Source of the DNA: Octopus sinensis
Taxonomy: Eukaryota
NCBI RefSeq assembly: GCF_006345805.1
Contig: NC_043006.1
Location: forward strand, 70,122,001-70,186,000
DNA length: 64,000 nucleotides
Reading direction: 5' to 3'
In this document: in pieces, positions 1 through 13,780 of the stretch
Numbering within the stretch: the first letter of the stretch is position 1
Layout: the number at the start of each line of letters is the position of its first letter
Position numbers and translations under genes: made by a program
Notes under the pieces: model-generated
Databases searched by the model: none
What the model saw: the letters and a program-made list of their open reading frames with translations, nothing else
Told to the model about the DNA's origin: nothing

Positions 1-153
1 ACTTATATACAGGTATATGCATATATATACTCATATGTATATAAACAGACCCACATAATTCTATGTCTATAAATGTATGAATGAATGAATATGTGTGTAT
101 ATGTATGTATGCATGAATGTATGTATTTATGTACATACGTATGTATGCATACA

Positions 154-245
<92 letters not shown>

Positions 246-1271
246 ACAGACAGAGAAGAGAAGACCTATATTTTTATGTATGTATATATATATATATATA
301 CACAGGGGGACCAGTTTCTATTTTCTTTTTGTAGCAATAATAGAAAATATATATATATATATATTGTTGTGTATTATATATATATATATTATTATATATA
401 TATATATATTATATATATATATATATATTAATATATATATTATATATATTGGTTTATTTATATATATGTAATATATATTGGTATATATATAGTATATACA
501 TATATATATGTATGTATGCATGTATATATATATATATTTGTAGGAGGCTGATGATTCACCACCGCCGGTGTGTATATATGTATGAATGCATGCATGTATA
601 TATATACGTGTTTGTCATGTATATACGCGTATGTTTGTGCGTATGAACTTGTGTTGTATTGGAATCCGTCTGTACGAAGAATGAATATACACTTCCATGT
701 CTACATCAATAAAGAAACACACACACACGCGCATAGAAGCATATACGCGCTCACATACGTACACCATCTCCACACACACACACACACACACATGTATATA
801 CACATACATATACAGCCATCCGTGTTTCTCAAGTAAGCCACCACAAACTGAGACAGTCGTCCTGCAGACACAGAGGTAAGCTGTACCCTTGGAGTTTTGT
901 GTCTGACAAGTAACCACCATCTCCCACCACCTCCCACCTTCGCTTCCACCGCCGCCGCCGCCGCCGCCTCCACCGACGCCGCTGCCACTTCACCGGTTCT
1001 GTTGCCCACCCTTCCCACCCACCCTCTGTCTAGAACTGCTAGATTCCTTCTTACACACATGAGTCATCAATAGTCCCCATGCCATTTCAAGGAGTTCTCC
1101 CCACCCACTGTTTATAGACTTCACACACACACACACACGCACACACACATACACACACACATATTCTTTCTTTCTCTTGCTCTCTCTTTCTCCCACACAC
1201 GCACACTCTCTCTTCCTCTCTTCAGACATATTTATGGTGAGCCTGTACGTGTGTTGCGTGTAGTTTATATG

Positions 1272-1317
<46 letters not shown>

Positions 1318-1418
1318 ATATAATATATATATGTATGTATGTATGTATATATATATATATGTATGTATATGTATGTATATATATACATACATAATATACA
1401 TATAGATATATACACATT

Positions 1419-1474
<56 letters not shown>

Positions 1475-1622
1475 CATATATATACACACATACATATATG
1501 CAAATATATATACAGAACTTTTTCTTCGTTTGTAAACACCATCCTTCACCAATCCATATATATATATATACACGCATAGACACATATATATATATATATA
1601 TATACACGCATAGACACACATG

Positions 1623-1686
<64 letters not shown>

Positions 1687-1999
1687 GTGTCTATGTATGT
1701 ATATGTATGTTATATATATATATATATATATAGATATACATGTATATATATACACACATGTATTTTTGTATACTTACATATATGCTTTTTGTCTCTCATC
1801 CACTCCATCTTCAGGATATACGCACACGCATACAGTCATACATCATACATACATACATACATACATACATACAATCACATTTTCTTTGCATACTTATATC
1901 TATCTGTCTGTCTCTCTTTCTCCTCATCTCTTGCTCTTCCTTTGATATCTAGACACTGTCTCTTTATTCCCCTCTCCCTCGCTCCTCTCTCTCGCTCTC

Positions 2000-2032
<33 letters not shown>

Positions 2033-2771
2033 TTCACTCTTCTCTCTATTTTCCTTTGTCTCTTTCTCTTCTCCTCTGTCTGTCTCCCACCATCCCTCAC
2101 TCTCTCTCTCTCTCTCTCTTCTCTCTTTCTTACACACTTCTCTCTTTTCCTTGTTCTCTCTCTCCCTCATTCTCTCTCTCCCTTACTCTCTCATACGTCT
2201 CTCTGTCTCTCTTTCTCTCCTCCTTCTCCCTTCCTCTTGTGTCACACACACACTTTTTCCTCTTCCAATCACTCGCTCTTCCCCCACTCTTTCTCCTTAA
2301 GTCGCTGTCTCTCTATTTCTTGCAAATCCCCTTCCATCTCTGTCTCTTTCTGACTCTCTGTCTTCCCCTCTCTCCCCCTCCCTCCCTCTCTCTATAATGC
2401 ATACAATTCTCACTTCTCTTTCTCTCTCTTTCTCTTAGAAAACGTAAAAGTCGTATCGTTATACATCATTTTTCTATATGATCAATCTGTCCAGCTGTCT
2501 ATCTGTCTGTCGCTCTGTCTGTCACACAGTCAGTCTGTCCATCTTTCTAGCTAAAATATCTCTGAATTTATCGATCAATTTATTATTTATCTATCCACTT
2601 CTCTATATAGTTAGCTGCATAGTCTCTCTCTGCTTTGGTATGTATGTGCATTCGTGTGTGTGTGTGTGTGTGTGCGTGTATACATACATACGTACGTATG
2701 CACGTACGTACATAATACATACATCCATATGTACATACGTACGTACATACATACATACATACATACATACA

Positions 2772-2803
<32 letters not shown>

Positions 2804-3141
2804 CATACATACATACATACATACATACCTATGTACTAGGTTTCAGTTCCGCTTTTGGAGATTTGATTGCTTCTCTGAACGGTGGTATCTTGTTTCTGGT
2901 CAGGTCAAGTGGACATTCATCAGAACTGTTTCGAATGAGACACTGGCTTCGTGAATGGTGTCTTCTCTTTGCCTCTGTCCGTTTCGGTTCTTGAATCATT
3001 ACTATACAAACAAGAGCAAGCCTAAAGCCTCTTGTTTGAATGAATGAATGCGAGGAAAGGCCATGTTCAAGTACGAGAAGTACGTCACTGCCTTCGTAAC
3101 GACGATCTGGTGATATTAGTTTACGCGCTTTGGTCGATTGA

Positions 3142-3529
3142 TGGATGGAAGCACTCCGTCGGTTACGACGACGAGGGTTCCGGTTGATCCGATCAACGGA
3201 ACAGCCTGCTCGTGAAATTAACGTGTAAGTGGCTGAGCACTCCACAGACACGTGTACCCTTAACGTAGTTCTCGGGGATATTCAGCGTGACACAGAGAAT
3301 GACAAGGCCGGCCCTTTGAAATACAGGTACAACAGAAACATGAAGTAAGAGTGAGAGAAAGTTGTGGTGAAAGAGTACAGCAGGGATCATCACCATCCCT
3401 GTCGGAGCCTCGTGGAGCTTTAGGTGTTTTTCGCTCAATAAACACTCACAACGCCCAGTCTGGGAATCGAAACCGCGATCATACGACCGCGAGTCCGCTG
3501 CCCTAACCACTGGGCCATTGCACCTCCAC
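3142..3529 (-). mobile_element. tRNA-derived SINE type A
   Basis: Minus-strand A box TGGCCCAGTGG and B box GGTTTCGATTCC. 10-bp TSD GGTCGATTGA at 3132-3141 and 3530-3539. Confidence 0.9.
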
Positions 3530-3949
3530 GGTCGATTGAAACGGCGGAGAAAAAGGAAGGGATAACAAGAACACAGCTTAACCGGTTAGTTTACAATTCT
3601 ACATCGCCAGAGATAAATCTGTAATGGGGAGTGTTGAGGATCGCTACATCATCCGTCCTGTTACGATGCTTAGGATCGGATCCGGGTTAGACCTTCCGAT
3701 GGTTACAAACTGAGATGATATAACGTACGCGGTAACCTGTCAAAAATATAAATTTGCTGAGAGGAAACTGTCCCTGAAATTTATAGTCCCTGTCATATAT
3801 CACTGCCTGATTGTTGGGCCTTCCCCAAGTTTTTATCGTTTGTGATTAATGAGTCTGATCGATGAGTCTGATTGATGAGTCTGATTGGTGAGTCTGATTG
3901 ATGAGTTTTCCAGTGTTTCAGAGTTTCCATATTTTGCCAATACCTTTTC

Positions 3950-5580
3950 AATGGATGGTCCGATGTGCCATGGCTGATTATGCCTATACATGCGCTGAGT
4001 CATCGACATTCACAAAAGTTCGTGTATGGTAAGCTGTCAGTGGCCCCCGTCTGCCTGGCAGGTCTTCTCCTCACGCCTCCTTTTCACAGAACAATAGTCA
4101 TGAATCAAATGGAAAACAAGATTGAGCATCTGTTGTCTAGAAAGTCATCAGGAGCTCATAGTCAGGAAATACGGTCAGTGTTGTGTCATTATCGCATTCA
4201 ATAGAGATTCAGTGTTTGGCAAAAGCTACTAGGTTTTCAGCAAGTCTGTAAGCGTCAACGAAATTCAGCTGAACAGTTACTATATCAGAAGAATTAAGCT
4301 CGGTGACAATAAATAATTTCCAAAATACCCCGGCCGAGCAATTTTACTGGAGGATATTCAAATTCATACTCAAATGGAAATCCGAAGCGTCAGCTCATGT
4401 CTTCGCATCATCAGCCACGGCATACCGAACTATCAATAAAAAGGTCCTGTCCGAGCTGTACACAAAGCGATAAACCGTTCTGTATGCATTTTTTCAGTAC
4501 CCAATCATTGCTGATTTGTGGATTATTGTCGAACAAACAAAAGTGGCCTCATCTATTATGGATTCGGTCTTCAGGTAAGTTTATCGTGATGATTGCCCTT
4601 CTGCCTTTAATATGGCGCAGAAGACAAGCAAATTTCCATTTTCTTGTGTCTGTAGCTGAAGAGATTGTGCGGTATGCAAAATTGAAAGGACTAGTGTTTT
4701 TATTTTCGTTGATTCTGGACCTCTTCAAATGTCTACAAACCTTCCTAAGAACATCTTACTAGTGGGTAACTTAGGTGGTATTTTAGACGAACACATAGAT
4801 TGTAGTGAAGCAGGGGTTGCAGTGCAAGAGTCTCGCAAACATCTCTGCTGGATGTCGCCTTAGTTTCCTGAACCCAGTTTGGATTCGAACAAACTACAGC
4901 GGATCATCTATATCATATTTAGTCTTTGTTAAGTTGACCTATAGGTTTATAGTGTAAGTTGTCACAATTCTGAATAGTTGACTGCACAGACCATAAATTG
5001 GTGATATGAACAATCGACTGAAATGAGACTAATAAACAGGGCTGTAGGCACAAGAAATCAATCAGATTTCAGGAGTAGATAAATGAATTAGTTCAACGGG
5101 ATTCCTGTGACAAGAATTAACCGACCTGAAATCTTGGATCAAGCTTTGACCGAGATTGGGCCTTTAACATTTACGATATTGCCAAACTTTCTACCAGCAG
5201 AGCAAATAAGATCTTACATTCTGTAGATAGATAGTGGAGCATATGAACTATGAAGGCCTGGAATGAATTCTGAGCGCCAACGAGGACAGTGTACGCACTC
5301 TGGCCTGGGGAAATTTCAATTAAAGAATTATGAATATTTTCCAAGTCTTTGACTTGACAGTGCTACTGGGAATCACAGCTTTGTTCGATATTAACTCTAT
5401 TTAGATCATTATGTTTGGCAGAACCGAACTTATCCGAGAGGTGCGCAAGCTGACAAATTCGACCGGCAAGCAGTCGTTTGATATCAGTCAGTGCATTGTT
5501 AAGTTGATGGTTTATATCGAACAACCGTTATCACGGGTAGGATGGATCCGACTGCCAGTCGAGAGTCTATAGTGAAAATC
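3950..5580 (+). mobile_element. Old rearranged L1/Tx1-like relic
   Basis: 4440-4740 resembles the zf-RVT segment at 49400-49640 (CPSCTQSDK). APE-like TDHKLV near 4985 and LDQ..FDR near 5135. Confidence 0.6.
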
Positions 5581-5804
5581 AGATCATCTCCGGCATTTAT
5601 TTCGGTTTTATGTATTAAGTTCAAATTCCGCCGAGATCAACTTTACCTTGCATCCTTACGGGGTCGATAAATGAAGTACTTGTTGAGCATTGGGGTTGAG
5701 GTGATCGACTTTCCTCCTCTCCTAAAGTTGCTGGCAATGTGCCAAACTTTGAAATCATTACTATTATTATTATTATTATTATTATTAATATTATTATTAT
5801 CATT

Positions 5805-5837
<33 letters not shown>

Positions 5838-6395
5838 GAGTGAGAGAGCAGTTCATGCCATCAAAGTGACACTGGGGTAAAATATACGAAGCCCAATATA
5901 CCCATTATGACTACCCGTCTGATATGAGTACACCAGGCACATGCATCACAACCATATGTGCGCGACATGGTGATCTCATATCAAGATAAACAGCACATGA
6001 CCTTGCGGGTGGGGCCCAGTTAGAATTTTCTTCAGGTTGAGTAGCCCATCCCGCTCAAGCGGTCCCTGAATAAGGGTTGTTTAAGGATGTTGAAAGAACC
6101 ACCCATGTTTCCAGAGGTGAATTATTCAAACCCCAAAGAATCCCTCTCAACATATGGCTATGATGCTCCCCCACTATTTCTGCTCGTGATCAGAGATGCA
6201 CATATCGTCAGCCACTAAGGGACATGCTCAACTGGTTACGGTCAAACAACTGACAAGCAAATCTATGGTATTGAGCAGAATATTTGCTGTAGCCCATCTT
6301 TTATACCAAGACAAAACAATGTACATGATAACACTTCCAATCAGTTAAGATCAGAAGCCATGAGAGCCATTGCCTGGTACTGCATCAGGGCATTC
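5838..6395 (-). mobile_element. Unclassified ~555-bp non-coding repeat ('element X') in (TTA)n, copy 1
   Basis: Five similar copies occur in the window, each beginning GAGTGAGAGAGCAG (or a variant) after (TTA)n. Strand is inferred from the truncation pattern. Confidence 0.85.
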
Positions 6396-6821
6396 GCCTG
6401 GTACTGCATCAGGGCATTTGCCTGGTACTGCATCAGGGCATTTGCCTGGTACTGCATCAGGGCATTTGCCTGGTACTGCATCAGGGCATTTGCCTGGTAC
6501 TGCATCAGGGCATTTGCCTGGTACTGCATCAGGGCATTTGCCTGGTACTGCATTAGGGCATTTGCCTGGTACTGCATCAGGGCATTTGCCTGGTACTGCA
6601 TCAGGGCATTTGCCTGGTACTGCATCAGGGCATTTGCCTGGTACTGCATCAGGGCATTTGCCTGGTACTGCATCAGGGCATTTGCCTGGTACTGCATCAG
6701 GGCATTTTCCTGGTACTGCATCAGGGCATTTGCCTGGTACTGCATCAGGGCATTTGCCTGGTACTGCATCAGGGCATTTTACCTGGTACTGCATCAGGGC
6801 ATTTGCCTGGTACTGCATCAG
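6372..6821. repeat. 24-bp tandem repeat, ~19 units (GCCTGGTACTGCATCAGGGCATTT)
   Basis: Read directly. The unit is the terminal 24 bp of element X. Confidence 0.97.
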
Positions 6822-6875
<54 letters not shown>

Positions 6876-7232
6876 GAGTGAGAGAGCAGTGCATGCCATC
6901 AAAGTGACACTGGGATAAAATATACGAAGCTCAGTATACCCATCATGACTACCCATCTGAAAAGGGTACACTAGGCACATGCATCACAACCATCTGTGCG
7001 CAACATGGTGATCTCATATCAAGACAAACAGCGCATGACATTGCAGGTGGGACCCAGTTGGAATTTTCTTCTGGTCGAGTAAGCCATCCCACTCAACAGG
7101 TCCCTGAATAAGGGTTGTTTAAGAATGTTGAACGAAACATCCATGTTTCCAGAGGTGGATTATTCAAACCCCAAAAGAATCCCTCTCAATACATGGCTAT
7201 GATGCTCCTCCACTACTTCTGCCACTAAGGGA

Positions 7233-7234
<2 letters not shown>
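6876..7234 (-). mobile_element. Element X copy 2 (truncated/deleted)
   Basis: Same low-coordinate terminus as the other copies; truncated at the other end; (TTA)n flanks. Confidence 0.85.
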
Positions 7235-7323
<89 letters not shown>

Positions 7324-7326
7324 TAT

Positions 7327-9125
7327 ATGTTTGACTTTTGCTTTACATTTGCACAAGCTGGCTCCAAGTTTCATCCAGAGACCTCAAGAGACAACAAGTT
7401 GGAAGTTCATGCTGGTGTTATACCTAGGGTGCCATATATTTGGTTTTGTACTTTGTGTTGTACTAGTAAATGCCTAAAAAACCATACGAAAATTATGTTT
7501 GTTTTAAAACTTAAGATTACAAAGAAAGTATTTTGCGTAGGATATGAGCAGTTCCCATGAGCACTATCTTTTGAATTTCTGCCATTTTGAGGTTTCCTGG
7601 TATCTGAGTTAGGTAGCAATCAGCCCTTTTTGCTATAGTCCCCAGGGCACCTATGACAACAGGTATTGTTTTAGTCTTCAGGTTCCACATTTTGCTGATT
7701 TTTATTTCCAGATCTTTATATTTGCTCAGTTTCTGGTAGGTCTTGACAGACACGTTTATATCGATTTGGACAGTCATATCAATGAGGAGGCATGTTTTTT
7801 ATCTGAAGTCTTTTACTATGATGTCTGGCCTATTTGCGTCTATCTTTCTGTCAGTTTGAACGGTAAAATTCCAGAGTAGTGAGATATGGTCATTTTCAAG
7901 CACTGGAGATGGTTTGTGTTCCCACCAGTTTTTATCATGGGGCAAGTCCAGGCTTCTGCAAATTACCCAGTGAATATATTGTGCAGCTCTATCATGCCTG
8001 TTGAGATACTCTGTAGGCGTAAGGAGATTGCACTTAGAGACAACATGATCAATGGTTTCATTTTGTTGTTGACATACGCATGTTGGGCTACTGCCGTTCT
8101 TTAATATGTTGGCCTGGTAGTTCCTTGTAGGTAGGCATTGATCTTGAGCTGCTATGATAAACCCTTCTGTTTCAGATTTTAAACCAGAGGCCATTAGCCA
8201 TTGATGGGTCAGGGCTTTGTCAACATTTGCATTATTCACTCTCTTTGGGTATTTGCTATTGAGAGGTTTTTCTTGTCATTTATCATTCAGAATATCTAAG
8301 GCAGCAGTTTTAGCACGGGTGTTCATGCGCTTAGCTTTTTCTGTGCTTGTTTCTTGTGTGTCTAATTCCGGAATTTGTTGTATTCGGAATTCACTTAGAT
8401 ATTCCTTTGCCTGTTTTGTGACTGAGTATGATGCTTTCTTGTTTTCATGTTTTGAGACAAGTTTTAACATCCAGTCCTCAGAGTTTTTCAGGTAGGTGTC
8501 TAGGCCAATTGTAGCAACCTTCATTGTTATTGCCAGTTGCAAAAGCCCACGGCCTCCCCCTTTTCTTGGTAGATAAAATCTATCTATATCTGCCTTAGGG
8601 TGGTGCATTCTATGCATTGTCAACAGTTTTCGTATTTTTCTGTCAAGATTACATATTTCAGTAATTGACCAGTTAACGATATTGAAACTGTAAGTCACGA
8701 CTGGTATGGCTAAAACATTGATCGCTTCGATCCTGTTTCTTGCATTCATCTCTGCCTTGAGTATTGCTCTTACTCTGCGATAACATTCTCTCCTGATCCT
8801 TTCCTTCATCATTGAATGCCTTATTCCATCCCCTTCCTTTACCCCTAGGTATTTGTAGCTCTCCACAGGGTCTAACTCTTTTATGACATTCTGCTGGTCG
8901 AGGTAAACGTTAGATGTTTGTTATCTTTTCCTTTGATAAAAGTAGCTTTTGCACATTCATCGAAGCCAAATTGCATTCTGATGTCATCGTTGAATTGTTT
9001 AACAATCGTTAGTAAGCCCTTGAGTTGTTAATCATTATTTGCAAAGAGCTTTAAATCGTCCATGTAAATGAGATGATTTATATTTTTATCCACCATTTTA
9101 TATCCGTACTGTGCGTCATTGAGCA

Positions 9126-9126
<1 letters not shown>
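7327..9126 (-). mobile_element. 5'-truncated R4/Dong-like LINE, more distant family
   Basis: Minus ORFs 8276-8866 (YKYLG, HHPKAD, GGRGL), 7799-8239 (RHD, RPDI) and 7517-7777 (KYKDL). YMDDL near 9050-9065. Distinct 3' UTR. Flanked by (TTA)n. Confidence 0.92.
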
Positions 9127-9192
<66 letters not shown>

Positions 9193-9679
9193 GAGTGAGA
9201 GAGCAGTTTATGCCATCAAAGTTACACTGGGGTAAAATATACGAAGCCCAATATACCCATCATGACTACCCGTCTGATAAGGGTACACCAGGCACATGCA
9301 TCACAACCATATGTGCGCGACATGGTGATCTCATATCAAGATAAACAGCACATGACCTTGCAGGTGGGGCCCAGTTAGAATTTTCTTCGGGTTGAGTTGC
9401 CCATCCCGCTCAAAAGGTCCCTGAATAAGGGTTGTTTAAGGATGTTGAAAGAACCACCCATGTTTCCAGAGGTGAATTATTCAAACCCCAAAGAATCCCT
9501 CTCAACACATGGCTATGATGCTCCCCCACTACTTCTGCTCGTGATCAGAGATGCACATATCGTCAGCCACTAAGGGACGTGGTCAACTGGTTATGGTCAA
9601 ACAACTATCAAGCAAATCTGTGGTATTGAGCAGAATATTTGCTGTAGCCCATCTTTTATACCAAGACAAAACAATGTAT
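9193..9679 (-). mobile_element. Element X copy 3 (truncated)
   Basis: Same terminus; lacks the last ~70 bp; (TTA)n flanks. Confidence 0.85.
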
Positions 9680-9695
9680 ATTATTATTATTATTA

Positions 9696-9744
<49 letters not shown>

Positions 9745-9749
9745 CATCA

Positions 9750-9817
<68 letters not shown>

Positions 9818-9819
<2 letters not shown>

Positions 9820-10143
9820 GTTTCCCTCTTTCTTCAAATTTTCTTCCAATTCTCGCCGAGTGTTTTCCGTACACCTAGAACGGATCATGTACTGAGAAGA
9901 GCATTATCGCTGTGTAAACAACATCAATTCATGAATGGGTGTTGTTTTCACAGCGACAATGCTCTTCTCAGTACATGAGTCGTTCCAATCTTTGCTATGT
10001 TGTCATGATATCTCTTATATTCTTCCTGGGCTAGTAGCGTACATTGGCTGGTAATATTCCGTATGGTTTCACTATTCTGTCCGCAAATTCTGCACTTATC
10101 ACTTTCTGATGTGTTGTCTATACCGTATTTGATGTAATTGGTT
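9818..10143 (-). mobile_element. Rearranged R4/Dong fragments: 3' UTR, fold-back of the ORF end, and a REL zinc-knuckle piece
   Basis: 9818-9877 matches the 3' UTR at 10180-10236. 9990-10143 on the minus strand translates DKCRICGQNSETIRNITSQCTLLAQEEYKRYHD. Confidence 0.75.
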
Positions 10144-10179
10144 CATTATTATTTTTAATATTATTGTTATTATTATTTT

Positions 10180-12670
10180 TTCCTTCTTTCTTCAAATTTT
10201 CTTCCGCTTCTCGCCGAGTGTTTTCCGTACACCTAGGGCAGAGAAACTCATTGTATGCATTCCCAGATTACACACGCAAATTCACAGGTAAAATATGTAT
10301 TTAAAAAATTAATAAATAAATAAATTCATGAATTGATGTTGTTTACACAGCGATAATGCTCTTCTCAGTTCATGATCCGTTCCAGTTAACAGGATTTTTT
10401 GCACTTCCTGTAGGGATGGTAAGCCTGGTATCATTTTCAAATAGGCTTCAGTACCTTTTTTTTTATCATTCCTAGAGATCCTACAATCACTGGTACAGTA
10501 GCCGCCTTGAGATGCCACATTTTTTCAATTTCTATTAGCAAGTCTTTATATTTACTAATCTTGTCAAATTCTTTCGCCGCTATATTGTGATCGCAAGGAA
10601 TACTCATGTCAATTAATAAACACATTCTTTTTGTCTGATCTTTTATAATAATATCCGATTTTTAGCTTTTATATTTTTGTCGGTATGTACGAGGAAGTCC
10701 CATAGAATCGACACATTTTCTCCCTCAGTCACAGCTTCAGGATGGTGTTTATACCATTTGTCAGCGGTTTTGATTTTATAATGCCGACATATTGTCCAGT
10801 GTAAATACTGGCCAACTCTGTTATGTCTTGCTTTATATTCTGCAGGTGCTAAGACTCTACACCCTGAGATTATGTAGTCTATAGTTTCAATCTCATCGTT
10901 ACAGAATCGGTATTTTGGGTCAGCTCCATTTTTCATCTCATTGGCTTGGTAGTTCCGGGTTAATAAGCTTTGGTCTTGAGCAGCTAATATGAAACCTTCA
11001 CTCTCCGCTTGTAGCCCCGAGCTTCATAACCATTGGCGCGTGTGTTTCTGGTCGACATCAGTTTGTTTGCTACGGGCCACATATTTGCCATGCAGTGGTT
11101 TCTGTTCCCATTTGCTAGCTAATTTTTCATGCGCTTTTGTCTTTGCAATTAATTTTATTTATTTTGCAGCGCATTTCCTTCAACCTGATCAATCTGGTAG
11201 GTATCTAAGAGATCAGTAGCGAATTTTTTGCTCCCTTTCAGAATAGAGTGAAATTTTTCGGTCTTTTATGTTTTTCAACAAGTTTTAGCATCCAATCGTT
11301 GGTTGCTTCAAGGTATTTGGCCAGTCCGATTGTGGTGATTTTGTACGTAAGTTCAAGCTGGATCAAACCTCGACCTCCCTGAGCTCTGGGAAGGTAAAGA
11401 CGATCCACGTCTGCCTTTGGATTGTGCATCATATTATAAGTCAGTAGCTTACGGATTTTTCTGTCAATTTTCATTATTTCACTGGTATTCCAGTTAAGTA
11501 CATTGAAGCTATAAAGAACAACTGGGACTGCTAAGGAATTTATGGCCAACACCTTATTATAAGCATTCAGCTCAGACTTCAAGATTGCTCGTACTCTTCT
11601 ATAACATTCCTTCCTAACCTTCTCTTTCATGCTTGCATGCTGGATACCAGAGCCTTCATTTATTTCTAGGTGTTTATAGGTTTGTTCCTGCTCAAGTTCC
11701 TTTATTACTGTTTCGACATCTAATTCGATTGAACTTGACTTTACCAATTTCCCTTTCTTAAAAGTGGCTTTGGCATACTTTTCAAGGCCAAACTCCATCC
11801 CAGTATCATCACTGAATCTTTTCACAGTCTGTAGTAGTCCTTCAAGCTCTTCATCATCTTTGCTATATAGTTTTAAATCATCCATATAAAATAGATGGCT
11901 TATTTTCCTGCTGTCAATTTTGTAGCCATACCCTGTTCTATTCAGTTCGCTTGAGAGTGGTATTAGTGCTATGCAGAAAATAGTGGTGAAAGTGAGTCAC
12001 CTTGAAAAATGCCACAGTTTATGCTAATATTGTTTGGAGTGCAATACTCCATTAGAATGATGTAATTGGAGATTCGTGTTCCATAGTGACATATTATACT
12101 CTAAAAAATCTGAAATCACAGGAGAAATTTTGAAAATGTCCAGTGATTACAGAATCCATGAATGTGGTATGCTGTCAAAGGCTTTTTTATAATCAATCCA
12201 TGAAGAGCTGATATTTCTGCGCTTGTTATGGCAGTTCTCAAGGATCATGCGATTAATTAGGAGCTGATCTTTGCATCCGTATGAGCCTCATCTGCATCCT
12301 CTTTGTTCAGTAGGGAAGAGGTTATTCTCTTCCATAAACGTATGTTTTTTCCACTAGAAGAGATGTCAAAATCTTATAGGTAGTAGACAAATATGTTATA
12401 GGCCGGTTTTGGGAGTCTTTGGTTCCGTTATTTTGGGGGAGGATGTAAGTAATACCATTTGCCATTCAATGGGGAGTTTTTTCCGGGTCATTCATAATAC
12501 TATTAAATACTATTACTAACATTTTGTGAGCAGACGAGAGTGATGAGGTCCAGAAATTTGGTACTCTATCAATACCAGGGGATTTCCGCTTATGAGCCTT
12601 CGTTTGTGCCCTCCTTAGGTCGGCGATTGAGATGTCTTCCCATACATTTTCTTGTAGATTTTTTATCATT
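10180..12670 (-). mobile_element. 5'-truncated R4/Dong-like LINE, related subfamily, degenerate
   Basis: Minus-strand ORFs contain KSPGID, MDDLKLY, GMEFGLEK, RHNRVGQYLHW and KYKDLLIEIEKMW. Flanked by (TTA)n/(TTG)n. Confidence 0.92.
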
Positions 12671-12681
12671 GTTTTATTATT

Positions 12682-12714
<33 letters not shown>

Positions 12715-12882
12715 ATTATTATTATTATTACTATTATTATTATTATTATTATCATTATTGTTGTTGTTGTTGTTATTATTATTATCATTATCACTATAAC
12801 TATATTATTATTATTATTATTATATTATTATTATTATATTATTATTATTATTATTATTATCGTTATTATTATTATTATTATT

Positions 12883-13438
12883 GAGTGAAAGAGCAGTGCA
12901 TGCCAAAGTGACACTGGGGTAAAATATACGAAATCCAGTATATCCATCATGACTACCCGTCTGATAAGAGTACACCAGGCACATGCATCACAACCATATG
13001 TGCGCGACATGGTGATCTCATATCAAGATAAACAACACATGACCTTGCAGGTGGGGCCCAGTTAAAATATTCTTCTGGTCGAGTAACCCATCCCGCTCAA
13101 GAGGTTCCTGAATAAGGGTTGTTTAAGAATGTTGAACGAAATACCCATGTTTCCAGAGTGAATTATTCAAACCCCAAAGAAATCCCTCTCAACACATGGC
13201 TATGATGCTCCCCCACTATTTCTACTCGTGATCAGAGATGCACAAATCGTCAGCCACTAAGGGACATACTCAAGTGGTTAAGGTCAAACAACTGACAAGC
13301 ATATCTGTGGTATTAAGCAAAATATTTTCTGTAGCCCATCTTTTATACCAAGAAAAAACATTATACACGACAACACTTCCAATCAGTTAAGATCAGAAGC
13401 CACGAGAGCCACTGCCTGGTACTGCATCAGGGCATTTA
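12883..13438 (-). mobile_element. Element X copy 4 (full length)
   Basis: Ends GCCTGGTACTGCATCAGGGCATTT followed by (TTA)n. Confidence 0.85.
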
Positions 13439-13439
13439 C

Positions 13440-13514
<75 letters not shown>

Positions 13515-13528
13515 CATTATTATTATTA

Positions 13529-13561
<33 letters not shown>

Positions 13562-13595
13562 CATTATTATTATTATTATTATTATCATCATCATT

Positions 13596-13630
<35 letters not shown>

Positions 13631-13637
13631 TATCATT

Positions 13638-13780
13638 GTCTTTGCACAGCTTCTATCGCTGGAAACGTACTACGGTGTCAGCTGTTCACTTCCAGTGAAC
13701 TAAGGTAACACCCCTTATTTTTCGAACACCATCCGGAGTATTCGAGCAGCTCCAAGCAGTGCTGTTTACTGCAAGTGCTC
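13638..13780 (-). mobile_element. 3' end of a further R4/Dong-like family
   Basis: Minus strand reads LQ*TALLGAARILRMVFEK*, typical of the REL C-terminus. A short UTR then runs into (TGA)n/(TAA)n. Confidence 0.65.

Noticed and set aside
816-876. Possible small plus-strand exon (CAG|...AG|GTAAG)
   Set aside because: No polypyrimidine tract and no recognisable peptide; insufficient support.
1339-2397. 352-aa ORF and similar YI/CV/HT/LS-rich ORFs throughout the window
   Set aside because: These are translations of dinucleotide and tetranucleotide microsatellites.
3455-3529. tRNA gene
   Set aside because: A and B boxes are present but there is no proper acceptor stem; it is a SINE head with a body and TSD.
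6341-6980. Repetitive proteins (MQYQANAL, KCPDAVPG)n
   Set aside because: Artefact of a 24-bp tandem repeat that is open in several frames.
13380-13438. HDV-like ribozyme or U2 snRNA similarity at the element X terminus
   Set aside because: A P1/P1.1/P2/P3 pseudoknot could not be built by eye, and the U2 resemblance is limited to a few bases.
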